A stretch of DNA of 32,000 bases from Candidatus Saccharimonadota bacterium (GTDB lineage Bacteria; Patescibacteriota; Saccharimonadia; Saccharimonadales; Saccharimonadaceae). Positions 1 through 7,655 of the stretch are shown piece after piece (position 1 is the first letter of the stretch; each line of letters opens with the position of its first letter). The notes beneath the pieces are model-generated. The model saw nothing but the letters and a program-made list of their open reading frames with translations. It had not been told where the DNA came from and ran no database searches. Where the stretch lies: the NCBI GenBank assembly GCA_001897305.1, contig MKSO01000001.1, positions 420,001-452,000 of the forward strand, given 5' to 3'. The position numbers were made by a program, and so were the translations under genes.

Positions 1-57
1 AATCACGTGTAGCCATGACAATACCCTTAGTATAGCACGAGCAAGAAGCAAAAAGTG

Positions 58-1404
58 CTACTCGTGCTTGCGATCGAGTGACATGAAGCGGAGGCGTTCT
101 GGGTGGAAATAGAGCTCAACTTTACCAACAGGCCCGTTACGGTGTTTGGCGATGATGAGGTCAGTGATGTTTTCTCTTTCTGTTTCGGGGTTGTAGTAGG
201 CCTCACGATAAATAAACATTACAATGTCGGCGTCTTGCTCGATCGAACCAGATTCACGCAAGTCGGCCAGCTGTGGTATCTGAGGTGAGCGGCTTTCAAC
301 CGAACGAGACAACTGACTCAGGGCAATAACGGGTACATTGAGTTCACGGGCAATAAGTTTAAGCCCACGCGAGATTTCACTCACCTCCTGTACACGGTTA
401 CCATTATCTCGACCACTCCCCTGCATCAGCTGGAGGTAGTCGATGATAATAAGGCCTAGTGGCTGGTCGTGGGCGGCGCGACGTGCTTTGGTGCGCATTT
501 CTAGTACGCTCAGACCAGGAGTGTCATCAATATAAATAGGCGCTTCAGCCATTTCTCCCATGGCATCAGACAGCTTACTGAAGTCGTCGTCGGAAAGATT
601 TCCCGTGCGAATATTCCAGCTATCAACACCCGAGGCGTCAGCCAGCATACGGTCGACTAGCTGCTCTTTACTCATCTCGAGGCTAAAGAACAGTACTGGT
701 TGTTTAGCGATGGTTGCGACGTTGTAGGCAAGGTTTGTCACTAAAGTAGTTTTACCCATGGCTGGACGGGCCGCTAGGATAATGAGGTCGCTACGTTGCA
801 AACCGGCAGTCATATTATCAAGATCACGATAGCCGGTTCGGACACCACGTAGGCTTCCTTTGTTGCGGTGAAGCTCCTCGAGACGGTCGAAGCTATCGGT
901 AAGGATACTTTCCAGACTAATAAGGTCTTGCTTGAGCGATTGATCACTGACTGAAAACAGCTCTGCTTCGGCTTGTTGTAGTAGCTCCTGGGTAGTGGTA
1001 TTTTCATCGTAGCCCAGCTCGGAAATTTCACCACTAGCCTTAATAAGGCGACGTCGGACGGCTTTTTGGGCGACGATTTCGGCGTAGCTTTCAGCGTGGG
1101 CGGCGGTTGGTACATAGTTGGTTAATTCGGTTAAATAGGCAGAACCACCAATCTCGTCAATTTCATTTTTGCGCTTTAATTCGTCGGTTAAGGTAAGGAG
1201 GTCGACCGGTTTATTCTTTTCGTAGAGGCGCATAATTGCATCGAAAATAATAGCGTGTCGCTTGTCGTAAAAGTCTTTTGGCTTTACATGTTCAGTGATA
1301 TCGGCAAGCGTTTCTTCGTCAATAAGAATAGCCCCAAGAAGACTCATCTCGGCATCTAGGTTTTGTGGTGGTACTTTCCCGGCTGGGACTGATTTATCGG
1401 CCAT
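58..1404 (-). CDS. dnaB: replicative DNA helicase DnaB
   Basis: 448-aa ORF. It has a DnaB N-terminal domain (PQNLDAEMSLLGAIL), Walker A (ARPAMGKTT), a Walker B-like LIIIDYLQLM and a RecA-type C-terminus. SD AAGGGGAG lies just upstream of the ATG at 1404. Confidence 0.95.
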   Translation of the reverse strand: MADKSVPAGKVPPQNLDAEMSLLGAILIDEETLADITEHVKPKDFYDKRHAIIFDAIMRLYEKNKPVDLLTLTDELKRKNEIDEIGGSAYLTELTNYVPTAAHAESYAEIVAQKAVRRRLIKASGEISELGYDENTTTQELLQQAEAELFSVSDQSLKQDLISLESILTDSFDRLEELHRNKGSLRGVRTGYRDLDNMTAGLQRSDLIILAARPAMGKTTLVTNLAYNVATIAKQPVLFFSLEMSKEQLVDRMLADASGVDSWNIRTGNLSDDDFSKLSDAMGEMAEAPIYIDDTPGLSVLEMRTKARRAAHDQPLGLIIIDYLQLMQGSGRDNGNRVQEVSEISRGLKLIARELNVPVIALSQLSRSVESRSPQIPQLADLRESGSIEQDADIVMFIYREAYYNPETERENITDLIIAKHRNGPVGKVELYFHPERLRFMSLDRKHE

Positions 1405-1448
1405 AGCTCCCCTTTATGTCTATGAAGCAGAGCATGCTGTGGATGCTT

Positions 1449-2903
1449 TTATGCGGCTTCCAACGACACCTCTATTCCTCCGCCCATAATATCAGCAATT
1501 GCGGCAGCTTGCGAGTTCTTCATAGGGGCCCTTGTGGGTACGGTGTGGATGACAGGTTGAAAACCAGCAACAGTAGAAATTGATTCGTAGAGGTGCGTTA
1601 GGTATTTTTGATCATCGAGTTTCTTCTTATAAAATGCGTTTACCGCAAAGATGGTGAGGTCTTCGCCTTCGAGTGTGTAGTCGCATTTAGATAACACACT
1701 ATAGAGAGCAACGTAGTGTTCGCGAGTGTGTTCGATGAGCTTGGCCCAATCAAATGGACCATCGTCGACTTGGGTTGTCTTTGGAGCTGCCTTTTTAGCA
1801 GGCACTTGCACTTCCTTCTCTATCTGTACTGGACTAGGTGTGGGGTTGACGGCCTTTTCCTCGGGGAGTGGCTCAACGGCTTGTTTTGTAAGCTCCTCAA
1901 TAGTTGCTGAAACTTCTAGCACTGGTGTGGCCAAAGCTACATGCTTGGGCTTGGATTGCAAGGAGGCGTTACCTAGCACGCTTAAAAGTTTAATGGCCGG
2001 CTGGGTAGATTTCGGTACGTCAAGAAGCGCATCAAGCAATGGGAGGAGTTCAGGTTTCTCGGCGACGGATTGTCGGAGTGTCTGGGTGAGCTGCTGAGCG
2101 AGCACTATTGGGCTAATACCATCCGCCTCGGTTTTTGTGAGTTGGCTGGCAATGCCAGAGATGTCGTGAGACGTGACCGCTTGTAGAAGCGTATCGATGA
2201 TAGCTGCCGGGGCAAGCCCGAGAGATTCTTCAATGAGGCTGGCAGTAATACCTTCCTTATCGTCGGACAGGCCAGTCAGCTGATCGAGCAGACTAATGCT
2301 GTCTCGGAAACTACCGTCGCCCCGCTCGGCTATAAGCGCAAGAGCATCATCACTTATAGTAATGTTTTCTTGTGTCGCAATATGCCGTAAATGCTCGACG
2401 GCGTCGCTAGGTTTAATAGCCCTAAAGCCATAGCGCTGGGTTCGGCTGATAATTGTAGCCGGTAGTTTATCGACGTCGGTGGTAGCAAGAATAAATACGA
2501 CGTGCTCTGGTGGTTCTTCAAGCGTTTTTAGAAGCGCATTAAAGGCTGCTTTTGAAAGCATATGAACTTCGTCAATGATGTAGATTTTTTTAGAGGCTGA
2601 AACAGGAGCGATCTGAACTTTTTCACGTAAATCGCGAACGTCATCAACACCGTTGTTGCTGGCTGCGTCAATTTCGATAATATCAAGATGCTGAGATTCT
2701 TCGTCGTACGGCAGCTGATTAATTTCATGCGCCAAAATACGTGCCACTGAGGTTTTGCCTACGCCGCGGGGCCCAGTAAAAAGATAGGCGTGGGCAACCC
2801 GCCCTGCTTTTAGTGCGCGTGTCAAAATGGTAGTAATGTGGTCTTGACCGACAACATCAGCTAACGACTTGCTACGATATTTACGATAGAGCGCCCGAGA
2901 CAC
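1449..2903 (-). CDS. dnaX: DNA polymerase III subunit gamma/tau
   Basis: 484-aa ORF. It has an AAA+ clamp-loader N-terminus (GPRGVGKTS Walker A, IIDEVHMLS Walker B, SRTQRY sensor). GTG start is preceded by SD GGGGAGAGG. Confidence 0.93.
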   Translation of the reverse strand: MSRALYRKYRSKSLADVVGQDHITTILTRALKAGRVAHAYLFTGPRGVGKTSVARILAHEINQLPYDEESQHLDIIEIDAASNNGVDDVRDLREKVQIAPVSASKKIYIIDEVHMLSKAAFNALLKTLEEPPEHVVFILATTDVDKLPATIISRTQRYGFRAIKPSDAVEHLRHIATQENITISDDALALIAERGDGSFRDSISLLDQLTGLSDDKEGITASLIEESLGLAPAAIIDTLLQAVTSHDISGIASQLTKTEADGISPIVLAQQLTQTLRQSVAEKPELLPLLDALLDVPKSTQPAIKLLSVLGNASLQSKPKHVALATPVLEVSATIEELTKQAVEPLPEEKAVNPTPSPVQIEKEVQVPAKKAAPKTTQVDDGPFDWAKLIEHTREHYVALYSVLSKCDYTLEGEDLTIFAVNAFYKKKLDDQKYLTHLYESISTVAGFQPVIHTVPTRAPMKNSQAAAIADIMGGGIEVSLEAA

Positions 2904-2935
2904 TGCACCTCTCCCCTTTTGGTTTACCTGCGTTC

Positions 2936-2941
2936 ATTATA
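2936..2941 (-). promoter_or_regulatory. candidate -10 box (TATAAT) for dnaX-dnaB
   Basis: A perfect TATAAT on the minus strand sits 32 nt upstream of the dnaX GTG. The SD lies in between. No convincing -35. Confidence 0.4.
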
Positions 2942-3039
2942 GCGAGCTTTACTCGAAATGAATGCCGTACTTTTTACACTTTATGTTTATTTACTCTCGC
3001 AATACGGTTAGTATACCGTAAGCACGAGCATGATTGCAA

Positions 3040-4041
3040 CTAACGTTCTTTTTTAAGACGCTGTGTCAGCTGCTTTTGTTCGCGCTGGAGGTCGCGGTAC
3101 TGTTTTAAGAGGCTCATTAACTCATTGTATCGACGATTATCTAAGTCAAATATGCGAAGCAAAACTGCATCAATTTCCGCAGCGGCACGTTGGATATCTT
3201 GAAGGCCGTGGATGCCAGCAACGGATTCGAGATGGCTAGCGCGGAGGTCGGCCGTTTCTTTCTCGTAAAGCGACAACTGCTTAGAAGGACTCTTGCGCGC
3301 TGTTTCAGAAAGTTTCTTCAATGCTTTCTCGTAAGACTGATAAGCTGAACGTATAGCCACAAGATCAATTCGTAGCGCGAACAAAGACGCGATCAGTCCG
3401 TCGTTCTGCTGCTCGATAGTGCTCATTAGACGATTATTGTGGCGAAGCTGGCGTTTTGTACGACGTATCAACGTCCGCTCCTGATTAAAGGCTCGCACTG
3501 CTTGAACGAGACGCTTCATAAACAAGGCGTGGCGGTCGTAGATGGTCATACGCTCTTCGCGTGCAACTAACTTGTATAATCCGTATTCAACATAGTGCTC
3601 GATGTTGGCTAGGTTTTGCTCTAGACGTCGAGTAATAAAACGCCTGGCATACTTACGAGCTTTGCGTTCATTCGGCTTGTATAGTTCAGTGATGAGCTGC
3701 TCGGTTAAGTCGGCAGTTCGTTGGCGTACAAGCTGGGCTATGCGTTCTGTTGCTTCCGCATCATTTAAAAGAAGGCGTTGAGCTATCTCTTTATGGAGCG
3801 GCTTGCTATTAACGGCTGATTCTATGGTCTCTAGTTGTGGGAGGAGCGTATGTTCCCAGGCTTGATAAAAGCTAAGGGTATCGGCAGAGTCGGTACTGAG
3901 GCGGGCGCTTTCAGTGCGGTCGCGGCGGCTATAGTTTTCAAAGGCAATTTGGGCATTTCGACGAAATACTAACGGATGTGTCTGGGCTTCATGCACCAGC
4001 CCCCTGTAACGGCTTGCATACAAGTTTACGAGTTTGCTCAT
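3040..4041 (-). CDS. hypothetical protein, Arg/Glu-rich and predicted all-helical/coiled-coil
   Basis: 333-aa ORF. Its ATG overlaps the upstream gene's TGA in an ATGA junction (4038-4041), implying translational coupling. I recognise no motif. Confidence 0.7.
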   Translation of the reverse strand: MSKLVNLYASRYRGLVHEAQTHPLVFRRNAQIAFENYSRRDRTESARLSTDSADTLSFYQAWEHTLLPQLETIESAVNSKPLHKEIAQRLLLNDAEATERIAQLVRQRTADLTEQLITELYKPNERKARKYARRFITRRLEQNLANIEHYVEYGLYKLVAREERMTIYDRHALFMKRLVQAVRAFNQERTLIRRTKRQLRHNNRLMSTIEQQNDGLIASLFALRIDLVAIRSAYQSYEKALKKLSETARKSPSKQLSLYEKETADLRASHLESVAGIHGLQDIQRAAAEIDAVLLRIFDLDNRRYNELMSLLKQYRDLQREQKQLTQRLKKER

Positions 4042-4535
4042 GAGATAACCGGAATCTTTCTAAAGCTATACTCAAAAGCCGTCTGCCACTCGTTGCGATG
4101 AACGTTAAACCGGCGGATACTTCCATTAATCGCACTGATGCGTATTAGTGCGGGGCTATACGAAGCAAGTGATTGATAAAAGCGGATATCGTCTTTATTC
4201 CACTGTTTGCGGGCTGGATATGCTTTCTGAAAATGCTTTACGCCCTCATGGTAAAAATACAGTGGGTCGGCTTCGGGTGGAAAAAAACGCTGCACTTTCA
4301 CGCCCATACCTTTCGCTATACGCTGGACGTCACCAAGGGTTTGTTCGTGGCCTGGTGCGGCCATAAGAAGCGCATACGTATCACGACCACTTTCAAACAG
4401 GACTGCATACGAATGAGGACCCGTTTCAATGTCTTCACCGAGAAAACGTGTAACGGGAAGATATACATGGAAGAGACGTGGTATAAGTTCATTACACTCG
4501 CGTTGGCGCATTAAGTTATATTCCGACACCTTCAT
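4038..4535 (-). CDS. hypothetical protein
   Basis: 165-aa ORF. A consensus promoter lies immediately upstream and there is no SD. No recognisable motif. Confidence 0.7.
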   Translation of the reverse strand: MKVSEYNLMRQRECNELIPRLFHVYLPVTRFLGEDIETGPHSYAVLFESGRDTYALLMAAPGHEQTLGDVQRIAKGMGVKVQRFFPPEADPLYFYHEGVKHFQKAYPARKQWNKDDIRFYQSLASYSPALIRISAINGSIRRFNVHRNEWQTAFEYSFRKIPVIS

Positions 4536-4545
4536 ACTAGTGTGG

Positions 4546-4574
4546 ATTATACTATATTAGTGACAAAAAGTCAA
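4546..4574 (-). promoter_or_regulatory. near-consensus sigma70-type promoter TTGACT-17 nt-TATAAT
   Basis: On the minus strand, -35 TTGACT is at 4574..4569, the spacer is 17 nt, and -10 TATAAT is at 4551..4546. Only 10 nt separate the -10 box from the ATG at 4535, so the leader is very short or absent. Confidence 0.7.
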
Positions 4575-4604
4575 TAATAGACCTCTTGTAGCTTTAGCTA
4601 TGAA

Positions 4605-5123
4605 CTAGAGAGCGGCTTCGACTGCCGCCCAGGTGGCTTCTTGGTTGTCGGTCGGTACAATAATGGTAACTTGGTCACCGATATTAATACGGAAATAAGT
4701 AACGCTGGCAAGAAGGATACGGTATTCACGGCCGTTTGCTTCAACGTAGTAAGCGCCATCGTGCTGTGTGAGGGTTCCAATGACCTGGGTTCGCTCGACT
4801 GGGCCAATTTGCTTGTAGATGAAGCTGCCGTCGTCGGCGATAGTAAGCTTGAGGATGTCCCCTTCTACAAGTTTTGATTTACTAGCGTAATTTGCGGGTA
4901 CTGGGTATTCTTTGCCGTCAGGGCCAGCCATTTTTTGGCCGTCAAAAACGCCTTCAATAACTTTACCGCCAACCTCTTCAAGGGGGCTTCCTTTAGGGGT
5001 GATAATGGCACCATCGTCACCAATAATGCTAATAAGCAGCTCTTTAGCGGCCGCTAGGTTTGTCTCTGCTTCTTGAATGAGAGCATGGAGGCGCTTTGCT
5101 TGTTTCTCCGGTAGTTCAGACAT
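4605..5123 (-). CDS. hypothetical protein (N-terminal helix plus beta-rich C-terminal part)
   Basis: 172-aa ORF with its own promoter and an AAGGAA SD-like element upstream of the ATG at 5123. No recognisable motif. Confidence 0.7.
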   Translation of the reverse strand: MSELPEKQAKRLHALIQEAETNLAAAKELLISIIGDDGAIITPKGSPLEEVGGKVIEGVFDGQKMAGPDGKEYPVPANYASKSKLVEGDILKLTIADDGSFIYKQIGPVERTQVIGTLTQHDGAYYVEANGREYRILLASVTYFRINIGDQVTIIVPTDNQEATWAAVEAAL

Positions 5124-5175
5124 GGTCTCGCAGTTTCCTTATCTGTATGTGTTTTCAAAAATAATACTAACTTTA

Positions 5176-5204
5176 CTTATAGCAATCGTACTAAGGAAAG
5201 TCAA
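5176..5204 (-). promoter_or_regulatory. promoter TTGACT-17 nt-TATAAG for ORF 4605..5123
   Basis: On the minus strand, TTGACT is at 5204..5199, the spacer is 17 nt, and TATAAG is at 5181..5176. Confidence 0.55.
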
Positions 5205-5345
5205 CTAGTATAGGCTATTTCTTCAGGTTGAAAGTATTTTTATTTATCCACATCATTAACAGATACGAAGAACTAAACGTTGTTAAAAATGTATATTGCT
5301 ATGTTGCTAGCGCTTATTCTTAAGATTAGGTACTATAGTAGTACT

Positions 5346-7604
5346 GTGAGTAACCTTTTGCGCTATAGGTATTATGAAAGAGCTTTTGCACTCCCTACTG
5401 TTTTGATTGCCTCAACAGTCATGCTTCTTATTCTTGCTACTACCCTTGTGTCTGTGACCTCGGGCGTGGCGGTTACATTGGCAAATCGACACTACAATAC
5501 CTATGCGAAGTCTGCTTCCGAAAGCGGCCTGGCCATGGCTCAGGCTTGCCTTAAGGCTAATGACTATACTCCGCAATGGTCTGACGCGTCGCCATTGCGG
5601 CCAAATACGAACTGTAGTGGTGTCGTTCAGGCGACGGTCTCGCCGTATGTATACGATGACGGAACAATACAAACATCATTTACAATAGGTAGCCCTACGG
5701 ACCTTGCGAACGGTGTGCAGCGGGTTGTTGTTCAAGGTCGAGCAAACCTAATCCGCACCAGCACTGCACAAGTATGGCAAACATACAATAATTCAACTTA
5801 TGCGACTATCTCGGGTCTTACATCGTATGATGGTGTAACGTTTGGATACGTGGGTAACCAGGGTGCATTTTTTGGCACCGTTGATCCACGGGGTACGGTG
5901 GCTGCATTAGGGTTTAATGGTCAGGGCCAGCTAGGGAATGGCACTACTACGAGCGCCACAACACCACGACCTTTTATCTTGCCCGATGGAAAATATGCCG
6001 CTTCTTTATTTACAAGCTTCCTATCGGTCGGGTACAACATGTTTGCAATTACGACGACAGGAGAGCTGTATGGCACTGGAAGTAACGACTGGGGTGAGAT
6101 TGGCAACGGTACTACTACTACACCCATAACAACGCCGGTGAAATACAATTTACCAGCAGGAGTTCAGGCAAAATATGTCGCTATCTTGGACAGTGCTTCA
6201 TTTGTTATTGGAAGTGATAATAACGTGTACGCAAGTGGTAATTGCCAAAGGGGTCAGCTGGGTACAAATTACACTATCGCTGGATGTGTTAATCGCTCGA
6301 CGCCAACCCGCGTTGCTTTACCAACCCCAACTTCTGACTTAAATACACAACCAGTTCCATCAAGTGATTGGCTGCAGTCAACCAACATGGCCGCCGACCG
6401 CTATAATGTTATTTTGCGCATGCAGGGAGGCCGTGTGTATGGATGGGGCGCAAATGAATTTGGGCAGTTAGGCAACAACTCTAACACAGACTCTTCAGTT
6501 CCCGTCCAGATTGGTCAATTCGGAAATGCCGGCCAACCGAAAGCTATCCAAGTGGCGTACGATGGCGAAGCAACATGGATTCTTGACTCTAATGGTGAGG
6601 TATGGGCTGCGGGACAAGATAATTACGGTCAGCTGGCGGTTAATACTACCCTTCGAACCCCTGACCCATGGAAATGCATAGACAATTACAGCAACTCGGT
6701 ATCGAACGGTAATGCAATCGTAATTCATACCTGCAATGGAACCGCTGCCCAAGATATTTACTTTGAATCAGATAACACTATTCGCTTTCAGATCAATGCT
6801 ACGACGGTAAAATGTTTAGATAATTCCGCTGGCGGCAGTGCAAACGGGAATAAGATACAACTGTGGGACTGCGATTCTTCCAACCCAAACCAAAAGTGGG
6901 TCATGAGGGATGATCAAAATATCGTTAACCCTGCTACGGGTAAATGTTTGGACAATCCTTCCGACGGAAGGACCGACGGCACAGCACTTCAGCTATACGA
7001 CTGTAATAGCGGAAACGCTCAAAATTGGAATATCATTCATGTCAGTAATCTTAAAAAGGTGCACTTACCGTCTGGGCAAGGTAAAGTAACGCGCATCACA
7101 ACTGACCAGTACACTACATTTTACCTGATGGAAAACGGAACTATTTGGGGTGCAGGAAGAAACGAACTTGGCCAGCTCGGTATTGGTACGAGTAGTATAT
7201 ATAACCCTTATTTACGCAAAATGAATCTGCCCGCAGGAAGAACCGCTAAAGAATTCTACACGACTTCTACGGGTGCACCGTGGGCGTCATGGTACTCTGC
7301 TAATACCTACGCTGTTCTTGATGACGGCTCCGTATGGGGTGTGGGGTCTAACAACTATGGGCAGCTTGGTAACGGGACGACGACAGCTTACGAATCTTCT
7401 CCGAAGAAAATGAATATGCCGGCTGGCGTCAAAGCAAAAAGTGTACAAAGTGGTTTAGGTACGACAGTTATTCTAAGTGACGACGGTAAAATCTATACAG
7501 TGGGAAATAATACAAATGGCCAGCTTGGTGACGGCACAACTACAAACAGCTCTACGCCGCTTGCGCGAAAATACGTAAATGTTCGCCCGTTAATTCTTTA
7601 CTGA
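5346..7604 (+). CDS. PilX-like N-terminal pilin anchor fused to an RCC1-repeat beta-propeller with an inserted ricin-type (QxW)3 lectin domain; putative pilus-associated adhesin
   Basis: - **Extent:** the ORF is open from 5280 (TTG). The GTG at 5346 is favoured because it aligns with the paralog's GTG at 7656. ATG 5289 is an alternative.
- **N-terminus:** FALPTVLIASTVMLLILATTLVSV...AKSASESGLAMAQACL resembles the PilX N-terminal (minor pilin) domain.
- **Propeller:** eight RCC1-type signatures, such as GQGQLGNGTTT, NEFGQLGNNSN, NNYGQLGNGTT and TNGQLGDGTT.
- **Lectin:** a beta-trefoil with three Cys/QxW subrepeats (AQDIYF, NQKWVM, AQNWNI) at about 6668..7040. Confidence 0.85.
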   Translation: MSNLLRYRYYERAFALPTVLIASTVMLLILATTLVSVTSGVAVTLANRHYNTYAKSASESGLAMAQACLKANDYTPQWSDASPLRPNTNCSGVVQATVSPYVYDDGTIQTSFTIGSPTDLANGVQRVVVQGRANLIRTSTAQVWQTYNNSTYATISGLTSYDGVTFGYVGNQGAFFGTVDPRGTVAALGFNGQGQLGNGTTTSATTPRPFILPDGKYAASLFTSFLSVGYNMFAITTTGELYGTGSNDWGEIGNGTTTTPITTPVKYNLPAGVQAKYVAILDSASFVIGSDNNVYASGNCQRGQLGTNYTIAGCVNRSTPTRVALPTPTSDLNTQPVPSSDWLQSTNMAADRYNVILRMQGGRVYGWGANEFGQLGNNSNTDSSVPVQIGQFGNAGQPKAIQVAYDGEATWILDSNGEVWAAGQDNYGQLAVNTTLRTPDPWKCIDNYSNSVSNGNAIVIHTCNGTAAQDIYFESDNTIRFQINATTVKCLDNSAGGSANGNKIQLWDCDSSNPNQKWVMRDDQNIVNPATGKCLDNPSDGRTDGTALQLYDCNSGNAQNWNIIHVSNLKKVHLPSGQGKVTRITTDQYTTFYLMENGTIWGAGRNELGQLGIGTSSIYNPYLRKMNLPAGRTAKEFYTTSTGAPWASWYSANTYAVLDDGSVWGVGSNNYGQLGNGTTTAYESSPKKMNMPAGVKAKSVQSGLGTTVILSDDGKIYTVGNNTNGQLGDGTTTNSSTPLARKYVNVRPLILY

Positions 7605-7655
7605 TTCCCGGTCGCGCCTCGTCATTATTGAAGAAATTCGGTATTATAGAAGCAC

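Noticed and set aside
1-57. Possible start of another minus-strand gene at the window edge. An ATG at 16..14 (MATRD...) is preceded by AAGGG and a TATACT box.
   Set aside because: Only five codons are visible, which is too little to call a CDS.
103-2728. Multiple 60-123-aa ORFs antisense to or out of frame with dnaB and dnaX (103..288, 810..1115, 1295..1489, 1716..2097, 2528..2728).
   Set aside because: They are fully nested in strongly supported genes, have low-complexity or odd composition, and lack translation signals. The same reasoning applies to the nested ORFs inside the adhesin genes, rplA, the FAD oxidase, GT4, the histidine kinase and others.
3003-3022. Hairpin TACGGT-atacta-ACCGTA downstream of ORF 3040..4041 as a terminator, and the 2904..3039 gap as a possible SRP (4.5S) RNA, which often precedes dnaX.
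   Set aside because: The stem is short (6 bp) with no U-tract. The gap lacks the conserved SRP RNA domain IV motifs and is explained by the dnaX promoter (TATAAT) and SD.
5280-5345. TTG 5280, ATG 5289 and ATG 5301 as starts for the first adhesin gene.
   Set aside because: The paralog has no equivalent upstream coding sequence. Both copies share an aligned GTG (5346 and 7656) preceded by a conserved -10-like box. The upstream starts remain possible but are less parsimonious.
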